A stretch of DNA of 64,000 nt from Marsupella aquatica (lineage: Eukaryota > Plantae > Marchantiophyta). The translations under genes were made by a program, and so were the position numbers. Within the stretch, counting starts at the first letter, position 1, and each line of letters begins with the position of its first letter. The notes beneath the pieces were generated by a model. It was not told the DNA's origin, did not search any database, and was given only the letters and a program-made list of their open reading frames with translations. Location of the stretch: assembly GCA_973895155.1 (NCBI GenBank), contig OZ316898.1:14104330-14168329 (forward strand). The letters are read 5' to 3'. Shown in pieces: positions 48,301 through 60,137 of this stretch.

Positions 48301-49672
48301 GTGACCAAATTGACTTTGGCAAGAAGGGTGGTGCCTTCCAAGACATAGATATTTCTTTTCCTCTTGCCAATAAGAACTTCATTTGATCCGTGCGTGACTG
48401 TTAACATCCCATCAGTTGCACTCCATTAATAACCCTTCGTATCCAAGTAGCCAAGAGAAATCAAATTTTTACACATTTCTGGAATGTGTCTGACATTTGA
48501 TAGAGTACAGTACTGTCTTGCCATTGGGTAGTTGAATCTTTACGGATCCAATCCCTAAAACTTTGCAAGAATGATTATTTCTCATCAAAATAGATCCATT
48601 TATAGGAGTGTAGGATGAGAAAAGTTCACGCATATAACACATGTGATATGAGCAAGCGGAATCCAAAATCTATTGACAATCTTCAACTTGGGAAGTGGTA
48701 CACAATGCAAATCCTTCACTATTCTCTTCTCAAACAACTACTTGGGTCACTGAAGAACCGACAACTTCCTTGAATGTGTCTTTGACGCGACAATCCTTCT
48801 TCATGTGGCCCACTTTGTCACACTTCCAACACTTTATCTCACGAGTAGACTTGGATGGTGATTTGGATTGAGATCTAGATATGGATCTAAACCTCCTCCT
48901 ACCAAAAGATCGGTCGTTGAACCTTCCTCGCTCCATGGGAAGTGGGTTAAACATTTTATTTTCATGAGATGGCTTCCTTGTTTTGCCTCTTTCTACCAAT
49001 AGTGTTGTTGATGATAAGGTTGAGGTAGGATGAGCTGAAGAAACTAGCTTAGATTGCATGTCATCGATCAACAGGGCACTCACCACATCATTGTAGGATA
49101 TAGTTATCTTATCACGGAATAGAAGAACTCGAGACAAAGATTAGTACGAAGGTGGTAGTGAGCTCATTCAAGAGTTGTAAGGCTTTCTTTTCTTTGCTCA
49201 AATGCTCCCCCAAATTCTCTAGGTCAACCACAAGATCATTGAACTTATCAATATGATCTTGAATCTTGACTCCATCAACCATTTTGAATTGCATGAGCTT
49301 CAGGCTTGCATACATTCGGTTTGACATATCCTTCTTGTAGTACTTGTTGCGCAATACTTGAAACAAGTCCGCCACCGTTTGTATTAATTTTTCCTCAAAC
49401 TACTTCTTCACATTGTTTTTCAGGTACATTCCAACAATGCTTACCGCTTGATCCTGGAGATCATGTCAATCATCATCTTCCATCTTCTTGGGTTGAGATC
49501 TTAGTACCTTGCCTAGGCCCATCGCCCTGGTAAGTGCATCCCTCCTGTTACGTTCCCACATTGTATAGTCCAATCTGACCATCAAATTTTTCCACCTCAA
49601 ACCTTTGACCTCCAATCCTAGTAGTCGCCATCGCTGAAATGCCGAATGTAGTATGGAGTCACCTTCCAACAA
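45360..49672 (-). pseudogene. Degenerate copia gag-pol
   Basis: ORF fragments 49672-49466, 49375-48730, 48666-48469, 48254-47136, 47120-46645 and 46436-45501, with multiple stops and frameshifts. Confidence 0.9.
46516..46717. mobile_element. MITE family A inserted in copia RT
   Basis: Same TIRs, reverse orientation; 8-bp TSD ATACCAAA; removing it restores RT ...ENLVCKLLNSLYGLKQSPR. Confidence 0.95.
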
Positions 49673-51174
49673 GAAATAAATGTTGAATGCTCAGATGCGG
49701 GGTGTGAAAATAAGGCCAAAAATAAAAATTGGTGAATTTTGAAACTGATCACTCCTATGTGTAGCCACAAGGTAACGCTCCAAATTCTAAAAACAATTTG
49801 TCAAATGGACTCTCGAGTGCCGAGAATTTTGTCTCCGACCAGAGGGGGGTAAAAGATGAAATAATTACCCCTCGAGGGAATCTATTATGCCAAAGATTCT
49901 ACTAGTATACTTTTTCAAAATTGAACGCACCAATATTTGCCTAGCTTCCCCAAGTACGCTTCTCCAATAGTTGAAGTTGATCCGATTTTGTTTGCCGCTT
50001 GGAATTTTTGACCTTCGGTAAAAATTTAAGCCTCTGGAAAATAATATTTTCAGGAAATTTCGTTCGCCCTTGTACAATCCCTATGGGGGACTTCACAGGG
50101 GCACTTCCCCCTGCCCGAGCCCTGTCAAGCCCTAAAAGGCCTCCTCGAAGTTTTTGACCTCCTCGCGCGTCCACGGAAGTCGCGACTACTCACGGCAGAA
50201 AGTACCCCTAGCCTCAGCGGATTCACTCAAATTCCTGTCTTAGTTTTTGACGAAATCGAATTCTGATTTCATATTCATAAACTAGACTTTGAGGGCATCA
50301 AGATCAATATAAAGAACTTGCAAAACGATGGAGTAATGAGGGAGAAAAAATTCGGTGGAAGTGACTGATATTAAGTTATCCGCCATAGCCAAAATTTTGA
50401 GCTCAAAAAAATGAGAATTGAAATTAAGATTGCTTCTCAACCGTTTGACGGAATTCAACGATGTTGATATCGAAACGTTTTGAAAGACAAGGCGCTCAAG
50501 CATATCTTAGTTTCAAGTCCTGGTAGAACAATCAAAAAGACTGATATGAGAAATTGACCTTATCTCTTGCCCGATAATATAAATTGAAAACCGTCACTTA
50601 CATTGATTGTTTTCGTTTCTGACCTTAGGCCTTCATTGCTTCACTGAAATGAGCCCCTGGTTGTGTGCTCCACACTTGTGACAAGATTGAGTCCGATCTT
50701 CTTCCAATAGCTCAGCTTCAAAGAGGAAATCATCCGATGTTCGCTTCGCTTGAAGCAAGTTCTATGGAGTTCCTAATCGACTGAAAAAATCTGAGCTCTG
50801 ATACCAATTGTGGGGAGAAATCAGATCAGGAAAAACACTCCAAACATACACGTGCTCAATAGTTACGTGGTTCACCTCAAGGTTCGCTACGTCCACAGGA
50901 AGACCAAACTTTATTAACAGTTATGTGTCTACGTACTCAAGCATCACCATAACTCTCATCTCTTCAAGTTCTCATCTCTTGCTATATCACTGTGTTCTCT
51001 CTTGAGAACTCTCTTGTGCGTTCTCACACCACATAGAAGTTGAAGAGATAAGAACCAATCTCTTCAACTAGGGTTTAATCTAACCCTAGTTAACATACTA
51101 ACCATAGTTCAACCCAAGACAGAGTTAACCTCTACAGGAGCTACATTACAAGACACCACATGACACTTATGAAA

Positions 51175-51515
51175 TGTTAGGTATTTACTCAAGGTCTAGG
51201 GTTACAACATGTAACCATAGTTAGGCTAACCATAGTCGGAGACGTGATTAGGTTAACTAGGATGCACACTATATGCCAAGCGATGTTTGCTTGGATAAGT
51301 GGAACTTAGGCTCATTGTTATGGAGCCACTTGAGAGATGAGGAGAGCTTACACTGTGGAGACTTGGTATGGCCGACGGGCTTAGAGTTTAGTAAAGCTCT
51401 CTTGTGTGTTCTCATGGACGTAGCCTCGAGGAGGTGAACCACATACATCTCTTGTGTCAACTACTTGCGCATGGGATGTGTCATGTGCTTATCGTTACGA
51501 GTGTCGTGCTCAACA
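51175..51515 (+). mobile_element. Solo LTR related to the 53442-59505 copia family, opposite orientation
   Basis: TGTTAGGTATTTACTC...GTGCTCAACA is a diverged reverse complement of the 53442-53862 LTR; flanks TGAAA/TAAAA (4/5 TSD). Confidence 0.85.
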
Positions 51516-53441
51516 TAAAAAAGCTCATGGAAATGCCATCATGGAAGGCTCAAAGTATTCTGAAAATCAGAGAGGATGCCATGCATGGTAACAGTCAAGT
51601 CACCAATCCAGAGGCATCAGGATGTGTTGCTCTGCCTCAGCCCTTTACAGCAACAGCCCGCTACAATCCAGCTGTGCCCAAGCCTCTCACCGGGGGCCTC
51701 TCACCAAGAAGGATAGCCTCTGTTGGGGAAAGTATTGTTGACACTCAGAGTTCAAGAGCATTAAGTCGGACAGACAACAGGTGGTTGATTCCAGACCAAT
51801 TGAGTTAGAGGCCAAGAGCATCATGGCCAAAGTTGTGCTCTTGGAGAAGAAAAGGACATTGAATCTGATCACAGAGGCAGAGTTTAAACTGAAGTGCAAG
51901 GATGTTTTTGGAATATAGAATCCATTTATAGAAGGATTGGCACTACGCAACATTCAGTTTTGAATCTAAGATGTAATACCAATGGTAGTAATTATGCATT
52001 CTTGGTACTGATAGCAGGCCACATTTTGTTTTAGTGGAGAACTTTAGACATACCTGCAACAAGCAACGTTGTGTCACTTTAATAGAGTGGTTAAAAATGA
52101 TTTTTTAGGAGAAATGTTGAAAGCCTTCCCAATTATAAGGAAATTTTGAATACCTGGGAGGGAGCACTACAATTGGATAACACTGCTCGGGACAACAATC
52201 ATTCAAGAATAAATTCTTGTTTGCATACTTAAATATGCTTGTAGAGTTGGGGGTTTTCCACAAGATCAAGGTTGGATTTTTTCCTGGTTGGCTACACACA
52301 TGATCAGATAGACCAAATGTTCAGCAAGCTTTCCTCAAAATTGAACAAACGCAAAGCTTTCCAAGTCAGTAGACACTCTTGCTGACATTATATGAGGTTC
52401 ATCCAATCCGAATTAAAGTTGATATAATATTTGTACGTAGAAGAAACAACGGATTTTTGGAAATTTTCGAGCAATAAAGATCAACCAAACAGGATTGGGG
52501 CTGCAACCAAGCATGTTTTGCAACCACTTCATCTTAGTTATCAGTTTTCAAAAGCAATTCCAAATAAAACGTGTGATTGGGAAAAAGGAATTCCAAAAGT
52601 TTTGTTTCATGCCAAACACATTTCAACAACCCCAAGTTGGGATGATCCCGTGGAGTCTGTGAATTACATCCCAACAACCACAACCTGGGTTGCACCTCAA
52701 ATGGCGCTGAAAAGCACAAATGGAGGGGACAGAGCAGATGTTGTTGGTGAAGTAGAAATAGAAACATTGGAGAAATATTCGAAAGCAATTGAGGATCAAG
52801 GGATCCAATTATTTTGACGACAATGATAAGTTGTGGTGGCTGAATTTCTTTGACAAACAAAAAGTGGGACAGATTGAAAGACATAATCCAAAATCACCTA
52901 AAGCCAGCATAGTGGATGTTTGATTGGGCCTGGCCAAAATCAATCAAACATCAAGAGACCCTAGTGATGGATGGGAGGGCGCCCACAATTGAACCTGATC
53001 TCATTGAGAAAATTGAGGCCCAGAGAAGGTCATGTACTTTGGAGCTTGGAAGGGATATTGAAATGGTCATTGCTAGTGTTAGCTTAACCATGAAAGAAGG
53101 GGTTATGGATCGTATCTATGTGTTGGATCCAATAGATATACGTGCATTGGATCAGTATCTTCAAACAATGGTATGAATGTCATGCTATTGTTTAGTTTTT
53201 GAGAGTCTGTATATATGTTTTGTTTTGTTAATATTAGTGGGCGTAGTGGGATAGGATAGGGGGTGACGGATTGGCAACTTAAGATCCTTTCTCAATTAGG
53301 GGTTCAATTTCCTCCGTCACATGTTACATCTCTCAACATAAGTTTTCAATGGAGTATGGATGGAGCATGGGATTGGTGATCAATGGGTGGAATGGATTAT
53401 TCATGTTGTGACCTTAAAGGCCATCCCACTTATGTACGTAA

Positions 53442-56400
53442 TGTTGAGCATAGACGACGATCGCAACGACAAGCCCATGAACCATCCAACGCACAATAGT
53501 CGACACAAGAGATACGTGGTTCACCTCCTTGAGGCTACGTCCACGGGAACACACAAGAGAGCTTTACTGAACTCTAAGCCCGTCGGCTATACCGAGTCTC
53601 CACAGTGTAAGCTCTCCCTATCTCTCAAGTGGCTCCATAACAATGAGCCTTGGTCCTGCCTCTCCAAGCACACATGCCTCTTATGATATAGTGTGCAACT
53701 TAGTTGTACCTAACCACATAGTTGTACCTAATCACGTAGTTGTACCTAACCACATAGTTGTACCTAATCACGTAGTTGTACCTAACCACATAGTTGTACC
53801 AACCCACGTTGTTGTACCAACCACGTCATACCTAACCTAGACGTAAGAGTAAATACCCAACAATCTTCCCCTTGACTCTGGTCTAGGGGAGAGTAATACT
53901 GCCAATGTATATGATCCCTCAGTGGGAAGTTCTGGACAAAAACCAAACCGGTTTCCCTCTCTAACTAGAGCAAATCAGAACTAAGCCGTAGCCTAATACA
54001 TAGGAATGAGGAAGAGCATATATCAGTAATTACAATGAATGTTAAGAAAACTCTACTTGTGATGCAATTGCAAAACCTGCAATACGTCACGGTGTCTAGA
54101 GAAACTCTCCAAAGGAATCACTTTGGTAAATGCGTCAGCCGGGTTGAGTTTACCATCAATCTTGACTAGCTCAAACAAATTATCAGACACAGCCTGCCTG
54201 ATAAAATGGTACCTAACGTCAATGTGCTTCACTCTGCTGTCCATCACCTGGTTCACAGCAAGGTGGAGCGCACTTTGACTATCACAATGGAGCTTCACAT
54301 TCCCCTGTGGCAATCCCATTTCAGTGATAAGACTATCCAACCAAATCGCTTCCTTTGCTGCTTCCGCAGCTGCAACATACTCCGCTTCTGTAGTAGACTG
54401 AGCAATACACTTCTGCAAAGTAGACCTCCAACTTATGCATCCACCGCCAAGTGTGAACACGTATCCTGTTGTTGATCTCCTTCGGTCCAAATCTTGTCCA
54501 TAGTCAGAATCAACATAGCCAATCAATGATTTAGCATTCTTTGCATTCGCATCAAATAAAAGACCATGATCCACGGTACCCTTCAAGTACCTGATAATCC
54601 ACTTCACTGCTTCCCAATGTACCTTCCCTGGATTCGACATGTACCTGCTCACCTTGCCCATAGCCATGGCAAGATCAGGTCTAGTGCAAGTCATCAAATA
54701 CATGAGACTCCCCACTGCCTTGTCATACGGAACCTTTGACATCAACCCCTTCTCTGTGTCATCCGTAGGACAGAACGCTGATGATAACTTGAAGTGTGGA
54801 GCCAACGGGGTACTTACTGGCTTGCTATTCCCCATGTTGAACCTTGCAATTACCTTCCTCGCATAACTGCTCTGCGTCAACCATAGCTTGCCAGCCTCCA
54901 AGTCCCTAGTGATCTCCATACCCAAAATCCTCTTAGCTGGCCCTAAGTCCTTCATCTTAAACTCTGCACTAAGCAGTGCCTTGAGCTTAACAATCTCAGA
55001 CCTATCCTTGGCTGCAATTAGCATATCATCCACATAAAGTACTAAAACAATGAACCCAAAGACAACATTATTTACCGGTTTCAAATACACACAAGGTCAA
55101 ATACACTTCTGTGAAAACCTTGTGATCGAATCCAATCGTCAAACCGCTTGTTCCACTGTCTTGGTGACTGCTTCAACCCATACAAGAATTTCAGCAATCT
55201 GCAAACCAATTCCTCCTGTCCTCTCTTCACAAAACCTAGCGGTTGTCTCATGAAGATCACCTCTTCCAATGTGCCATAGAGGAAAGTTGTGACAACATCC
55301 ATCTGATCTAGCAGCAGACCAAATATTACAACAAGTACACACAATAGTCGTATTGTAGAGTACTTAGCAACTGGTGAGAAGACCTCATTGTAATCCACAC
55401 CTTTCTCTTGTGTGAATCCCTTTGCTACCAATCTAGCCTTGTAGACCTTCGATCCACCTCCTATGGAATTATCCTTTAACTTGTAAATCCACTTGCTGTC
55501 CACCACTTGCTGACCCTTAGGCAGCTTAACAAGCTCCCAAGTTTTGTTGTCCTTTAGTGACTGCATCTCCGTTTGCATTACTGCAGTCCACTTCTGCTTC
55601 TCCTTTGAAGCACTTGCCTCATGAAATGAAGAAGGTTCCCCTTCTTCCAAAATTAACGCATCACCCTCATCATCAGCTGTAAAATCATCCTCTTGTAGTT
55701 GAGATGAATCAACCCACTGTCCATACCTTGGTGGAGCGCGTACAGTGCGACCAGATGTTCTTCTAGCCGATGACTCCGGTTGATCTGCGTGTGCTGGTAC
55801 AATTTGAAGCTCAACAGCATCCACTTGCTGCTCACCAGCATCAACAAACTCCTCTGGTTCCTCTGGCACAGGAACCAGCTCCATAATTGGAGCAACTCCT
55901 TCTCTCCGGTCATGCACCTCATAACCAATCTCCCCCTCAACGAGATCCGGGATAGGAGATTTTCCTTTGTCAGTACGGGAGACCTGAGTATTCTCCCCCT
56001 CCTTCAATAATCTGGATTCATTGAAGGAAACATCCCTACTGACAACGAGCTTACAGGCAATAGGATCCCATAGCCTATAGGCTTTCACACCACTCTGGTA
56101 CCCAAGAAAAATACATTTCCTGGAGGTAGGATCCAACTTGGTCCTATTCTGCTTCGGTGTGAGAGCATATGCATCACTTCCAAAAACTACCAAGCCATGA
56201 TAGTCTGCTTGCCGCTTATAGCGCATCTCAAACGGCATTTTGAAATTGATAGCACTAGAAGGAGAAAGATTTACCAAATAAGCTGTGGTATTGACAGCTT
56301 CTGCCCAAAATTCTTGTGGTAAACCTGATTGGCTCAACATACTCCGTGACCGCTCCAACAGTGTCCGATTGAGCCTCTCAGCGACACCATTCTGCTGCGG

Positions 56401-59400
56401 AGTATAAACTGTGGTGAGATGGCGAGTTATCCCCTGTTCTGAACAGTACTCTTCAAATTCCATTGAAGTGTACTCCCCGCCGTTGTCTGACCTCAGACTC
56501 TTCACCCTTGTATCCAAACACTTGATCGTGTTTCCAGTCTGATTCTCCACCTGGGCCTTCCACTTCTTAAAAATGGACAAGACATCAGACTTATGCGTCA
56601 TGAAATAAATCCACACAAATCTTGAGTAATCATCAATAAATGATACATAGTACAACTTTCCAGAGTGTGAGGGAGTCGGGGATGGACCCCACACGTCACT
56701 ATGTATGTACTCAAGAACCGCTTTGGAACGATGAGTTCCAACACCAAAAGCACGACGATGCTGCTTTCCAAGAATGCAATGCTCACAAAACTCTAATTTA
56801 CAAGATTGCAAATCAGAAATGAGTCCATTCTTCCGTAAGATAGCCAAACCCTTCTCACTCATGTGGCCTAGCCGTGAATGCCACAGTTGAGTCATCTCCT
56901 CGTGAGACTTGGTTACATTGGCCTCTCCACATACAGTATTGCCCTGTAACACATACAAATTCTTTTGTCTACTCCCCTTCAAAATCACTGTCTCTCCCGA
57001 CCTGACTTGAAGTTCACCATCAATAACGCTCCATTGATGACCATATGAATCCAACACACCGAGTGAAATCAGATTCTTACGCATGCCAGGTACATACCTG
57101 ACTCTGGACACTGTGCGCACAGCGCCATCAAACATTTGAATCTTCACAGACCCAATTCCCTCAATTTGACAGGAGTGATCATTTCCCATCAGAACTGAAC
57201 CGTTTGAAACAGAGTAAGAACTGAAAAACTCACGAATGTAACAAATATGAAAAGAGCAAGCACAATCAAGAATCCACACATCATCTGCTCTCCTAGATGA
57301 CGTGCACAGGGCATACCCCCGGCTTCATAAAACATACTCATCATTGAGTAAATCAGCTTCTCCATCAGCCCTAGCCACATTTGCCGATGAAGTTTCCGCT
57401 GCCTTTCCCTTACAGTCTCGCTTGAAGTGTCCAACTTGGTTGCACTTCCAACATGTCACCTGCCTCCTCTGAGGGGATTTACCCTTGGATTTAGATCTGG
57501 ATTTAGATCTAAACTGGGTTCTACGGTCCCCAGTTGGTCGCTGCATACTCCTCCCACGGTTAACATTGAGGGCAGCACCAGATGATGAAGGCTGTGACGT
57601 GATGTGCATCTTCTGCTGAAGATCATCACTAAGCAGAGAACTTACCACGTCATTGTATGAAATGGTATCCCTATCACAATGCAACAACACTCGTGATAGG
57701 GACTGGTAAGATGGAGGCAATGAACTAAGAAGCTGCAGAGCCTTCGTCTCATCATTCAAAGTCTCCCCAAGGTTTTCCAAGTCAACGACCATGTCGTTGA
57801 AAGCATCCACATGGTCTTGCAACTTCGTACCAGATTCCTTCATCCTGAAACTCATCAGTTTGTAGGAAGTGTAGAGCCGGTTCGACAACTCCTTGCAGTG
57901 ATACTTGCTCTGCAATTCCGCAAACAAGGACATGCAATCCTTATGTGCATCCAACTGCTTGATGATGGGAGGCATGAGATAGAGTGTAACACACCACACT
58001 CCCTGCTCCTGCATGCGGTCCCATTATTTCTCATCAGCAGTTGGCCCATCCCTGACGCATAAAGCACTCCCTTCACCTGCTTCTCCCATAGCAAGTAGTC
58101 AGAGCGCCCATCATACTTTGTCACTTCATACTTGGGTCCCCCAAGCTTGAAAGTCCCCATCTTCTTCTTTGGCACTACCGTGAGCTCCGGTAGTAGTACT
58201 ACTTCCTCCACCACACGCCGCACCGGTGATGGTATCAGTGTCACGTGCTCTTCCTCCTGCTCCTCTCTCTGCCCCTGAAACCTCCGCGGTGATCCTCGTG
58301 CTTCAAGTTCCACGTCTTCGAAAAACTTCTCCGAATCACTCATATGAGAAAATCACAAAAAATGTTGTTTTTCACAACTTCTCAAAAAACTCAAAACTCA
58401 ACACCGCCGCGTAGCCCACAAAGCTAGGAGTCCAATACTGAAAACCGAAATCAAAATCAAAATTTGACAAAAAAGTTATTCAAATTTCGGTCGAGGTGGG
58501 TAAAACCTTGGGAAACTCCCCCGTTTTGACCACCTCAGGGAATAACCGAAATACCAAGTACAACCCGTTGTCGGAATTGCGATGTGATTGGTGCGCCGCG
58601 TTGCCAACTTCAATGGCTACGACCTCGCTTGTCAACAACGAATGTTGATCAATTGCACTTGGTGCCGTCACCAAGTCCAACAAGGTAATTGATTTTGCTT
58701 AGCCTTCCTCTTTGCATCAAAGAGCCAATCCCGGACTCAAAAACAATCGTCTTGCCTCAATCTCTCCGTTGAGTCAAAACACTTGACGCGTCTCCCTCCG
58801 AGTCGATGCCAACTTTCTTCACAAAATCCAGAACGACGAAAACTTAGATCTCTCTGCACCACGAGCTCCGTTCAATGATTTCTTCACACCGTTAGAAAGC
58901 TCTTGCCCTGATCTATCCGTTGAGCCCATAAACTCCAAGTTCCATGCGATGGAACTCTGGAAAATCCACCAACACTCAACGCTGGAAAAACCATCATGAA
59001 ATCCCGTCACGAACACACGTCACCTCCCAAGCATGCTCTGATACCAATTATTTAGCATAGACGACGATCACAACGACAAGCCCATGAACCATCCAACGCA
59101 CAATAGTCGACACAAGAGATACGTGGTTCACCTCCTTGAGGCTACGTCCACGGGAACACACAAGAGAGCTTTACTGAACTCTAAGCCCGTCGGCTATACC
59201 GAGTCTCCACAGTGTAAGCTCTCCCTATCTCTCAAGTGGCTCCATAACAATGAGCCTTGGTCCTGCCTCTCCAAGCACACATGCCTCTTATGATATAGTG
59301 TGCAACTTAGTTGTACCTAACCACATAGTTGTACCTAATCACGTAGTTGTACCTAACCACATAGTTGTACCTAATCACGTAGTTGTACCTAACTACATAG

Positions 59401-59505
59401 TTGTACCTAATCACGTAGTTGTACCTAACCACATAGTTGTACCAACCCACGTTGTTGTACCAACCATGTCATACCTAACCTAGACGTAAGAGTAAATACC
59501 CAACA
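53442..59505 (-). mobile_element. Ty1/copia LTR retrotransposon, full-length, recent, with frameshifted gag-pol
   Basis: LTRs 53442-53862 and 59049-59505; TSD CGTAA (53437-53441, 59506-59510); PBS TGGTATCAGAGC (tRNA-iMet, 59035-59046); PPT 53863-53875; copia domain order gag-PR-IN-RT-RH. Confidence 0.97.
54053..58343 (-). pseudogene. copia gag-pol with frameshifts near 58020, 57300 and 55090
   Basis: Zn knuckle CWKCNQVGHFKRDC; protease WILDCACSFH; GAG-pre-integrase LWHSRLGH; integrase [19 protein letters not shown]; RT LYVDDML; RNase H GYVDSDY, EAEY, DSQSA, ADAFTK. Confidence 0.93.
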
Positions 59506-59866
59506 CGTAAGGTTTATATTGGGATGACCTTTAGGTACACAATATAAATGATGCATTGAAATGATCAAAGTTTAAGGTCAAAAAAGGTGCAAGAACTGTT
59601 GCAGGGCGTGCCATGTCAGACATACGACTTCACAAGGTATTGACATAGACTTATCTTTTCTTTCAAGGCATTTTTTATTGATATGTGACACTTTACTTCG
59701 CAAATTATAGGGGCAATACAAATTGGATTTTAGACTCTTAGACGAAAGAAAGAGGGAGGAAAAAAATTCAACTTAATAAGTATGGGGGTCTAGGCATAAA
59801 AACGTCGCAGGTGATGGGGGGTCCTCCATATAGTGAGACCCCCGAGGGTATGGGAAAATCCGATAC

Positions 59867-60068
59867 CCCTGGGCCCATAGTCTTAACTAATACATGGAGG
59901 ACGTACGAACGCTCAAAGTGTAGTTTTTATTCATTTTCAACTAATAATTATAATTATTACCGGTAATAATGGAACTTTTAATGGTAAAATGGAAATAACA
60001 AGGGGTAAACACGAAAAGGGCCCGATTGCAGGGGGTCCACTTCTTTTACATGGAGTGAGGGCCCAGGG
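59867..60068. mobile_element. MITE family A
   Basis: Same sequence family; TSD TCCGATAC/TCCAATAC. Confidence 0.92.
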
Positions 60069-60137
60069 TCCAATACTTTGAGGCTCGGGGGCCTCAATCC
60101 AAGGGGTGTCCCATATCACGCTCGAAGTTTTGGGGGA

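Larger units (their letters stand above)
44851..51136 (-). mobile_element. Ty1/copia LTR retrotransposon, older and degenerate, with a nested MITE
   Basis: LTRs 44851-45173 and 50809-51136 (TG...CA); PBS at 50795-50806; PPT from 45174; fragments of gag (CWKCDKVGHMKKDC), protease (DSACS), integrase, RT (LYVDDML) and RNase H; flanks AGATC/GGAGC only partly match. Confidence 0.93.

Noticed and set aside
51516-53436. Short ORFs between the two copia elements (also 42985-44850)
   Set aside because: Looks like decayed coding sequence fragmented by insertions, but no family could be identified.
53643-59483. VVPNH-repeat ORFs and duplicated MNHPTHNSRH ORFs
   Set aside because: Translations of LTR sequence and its 18-bp minisatellite.
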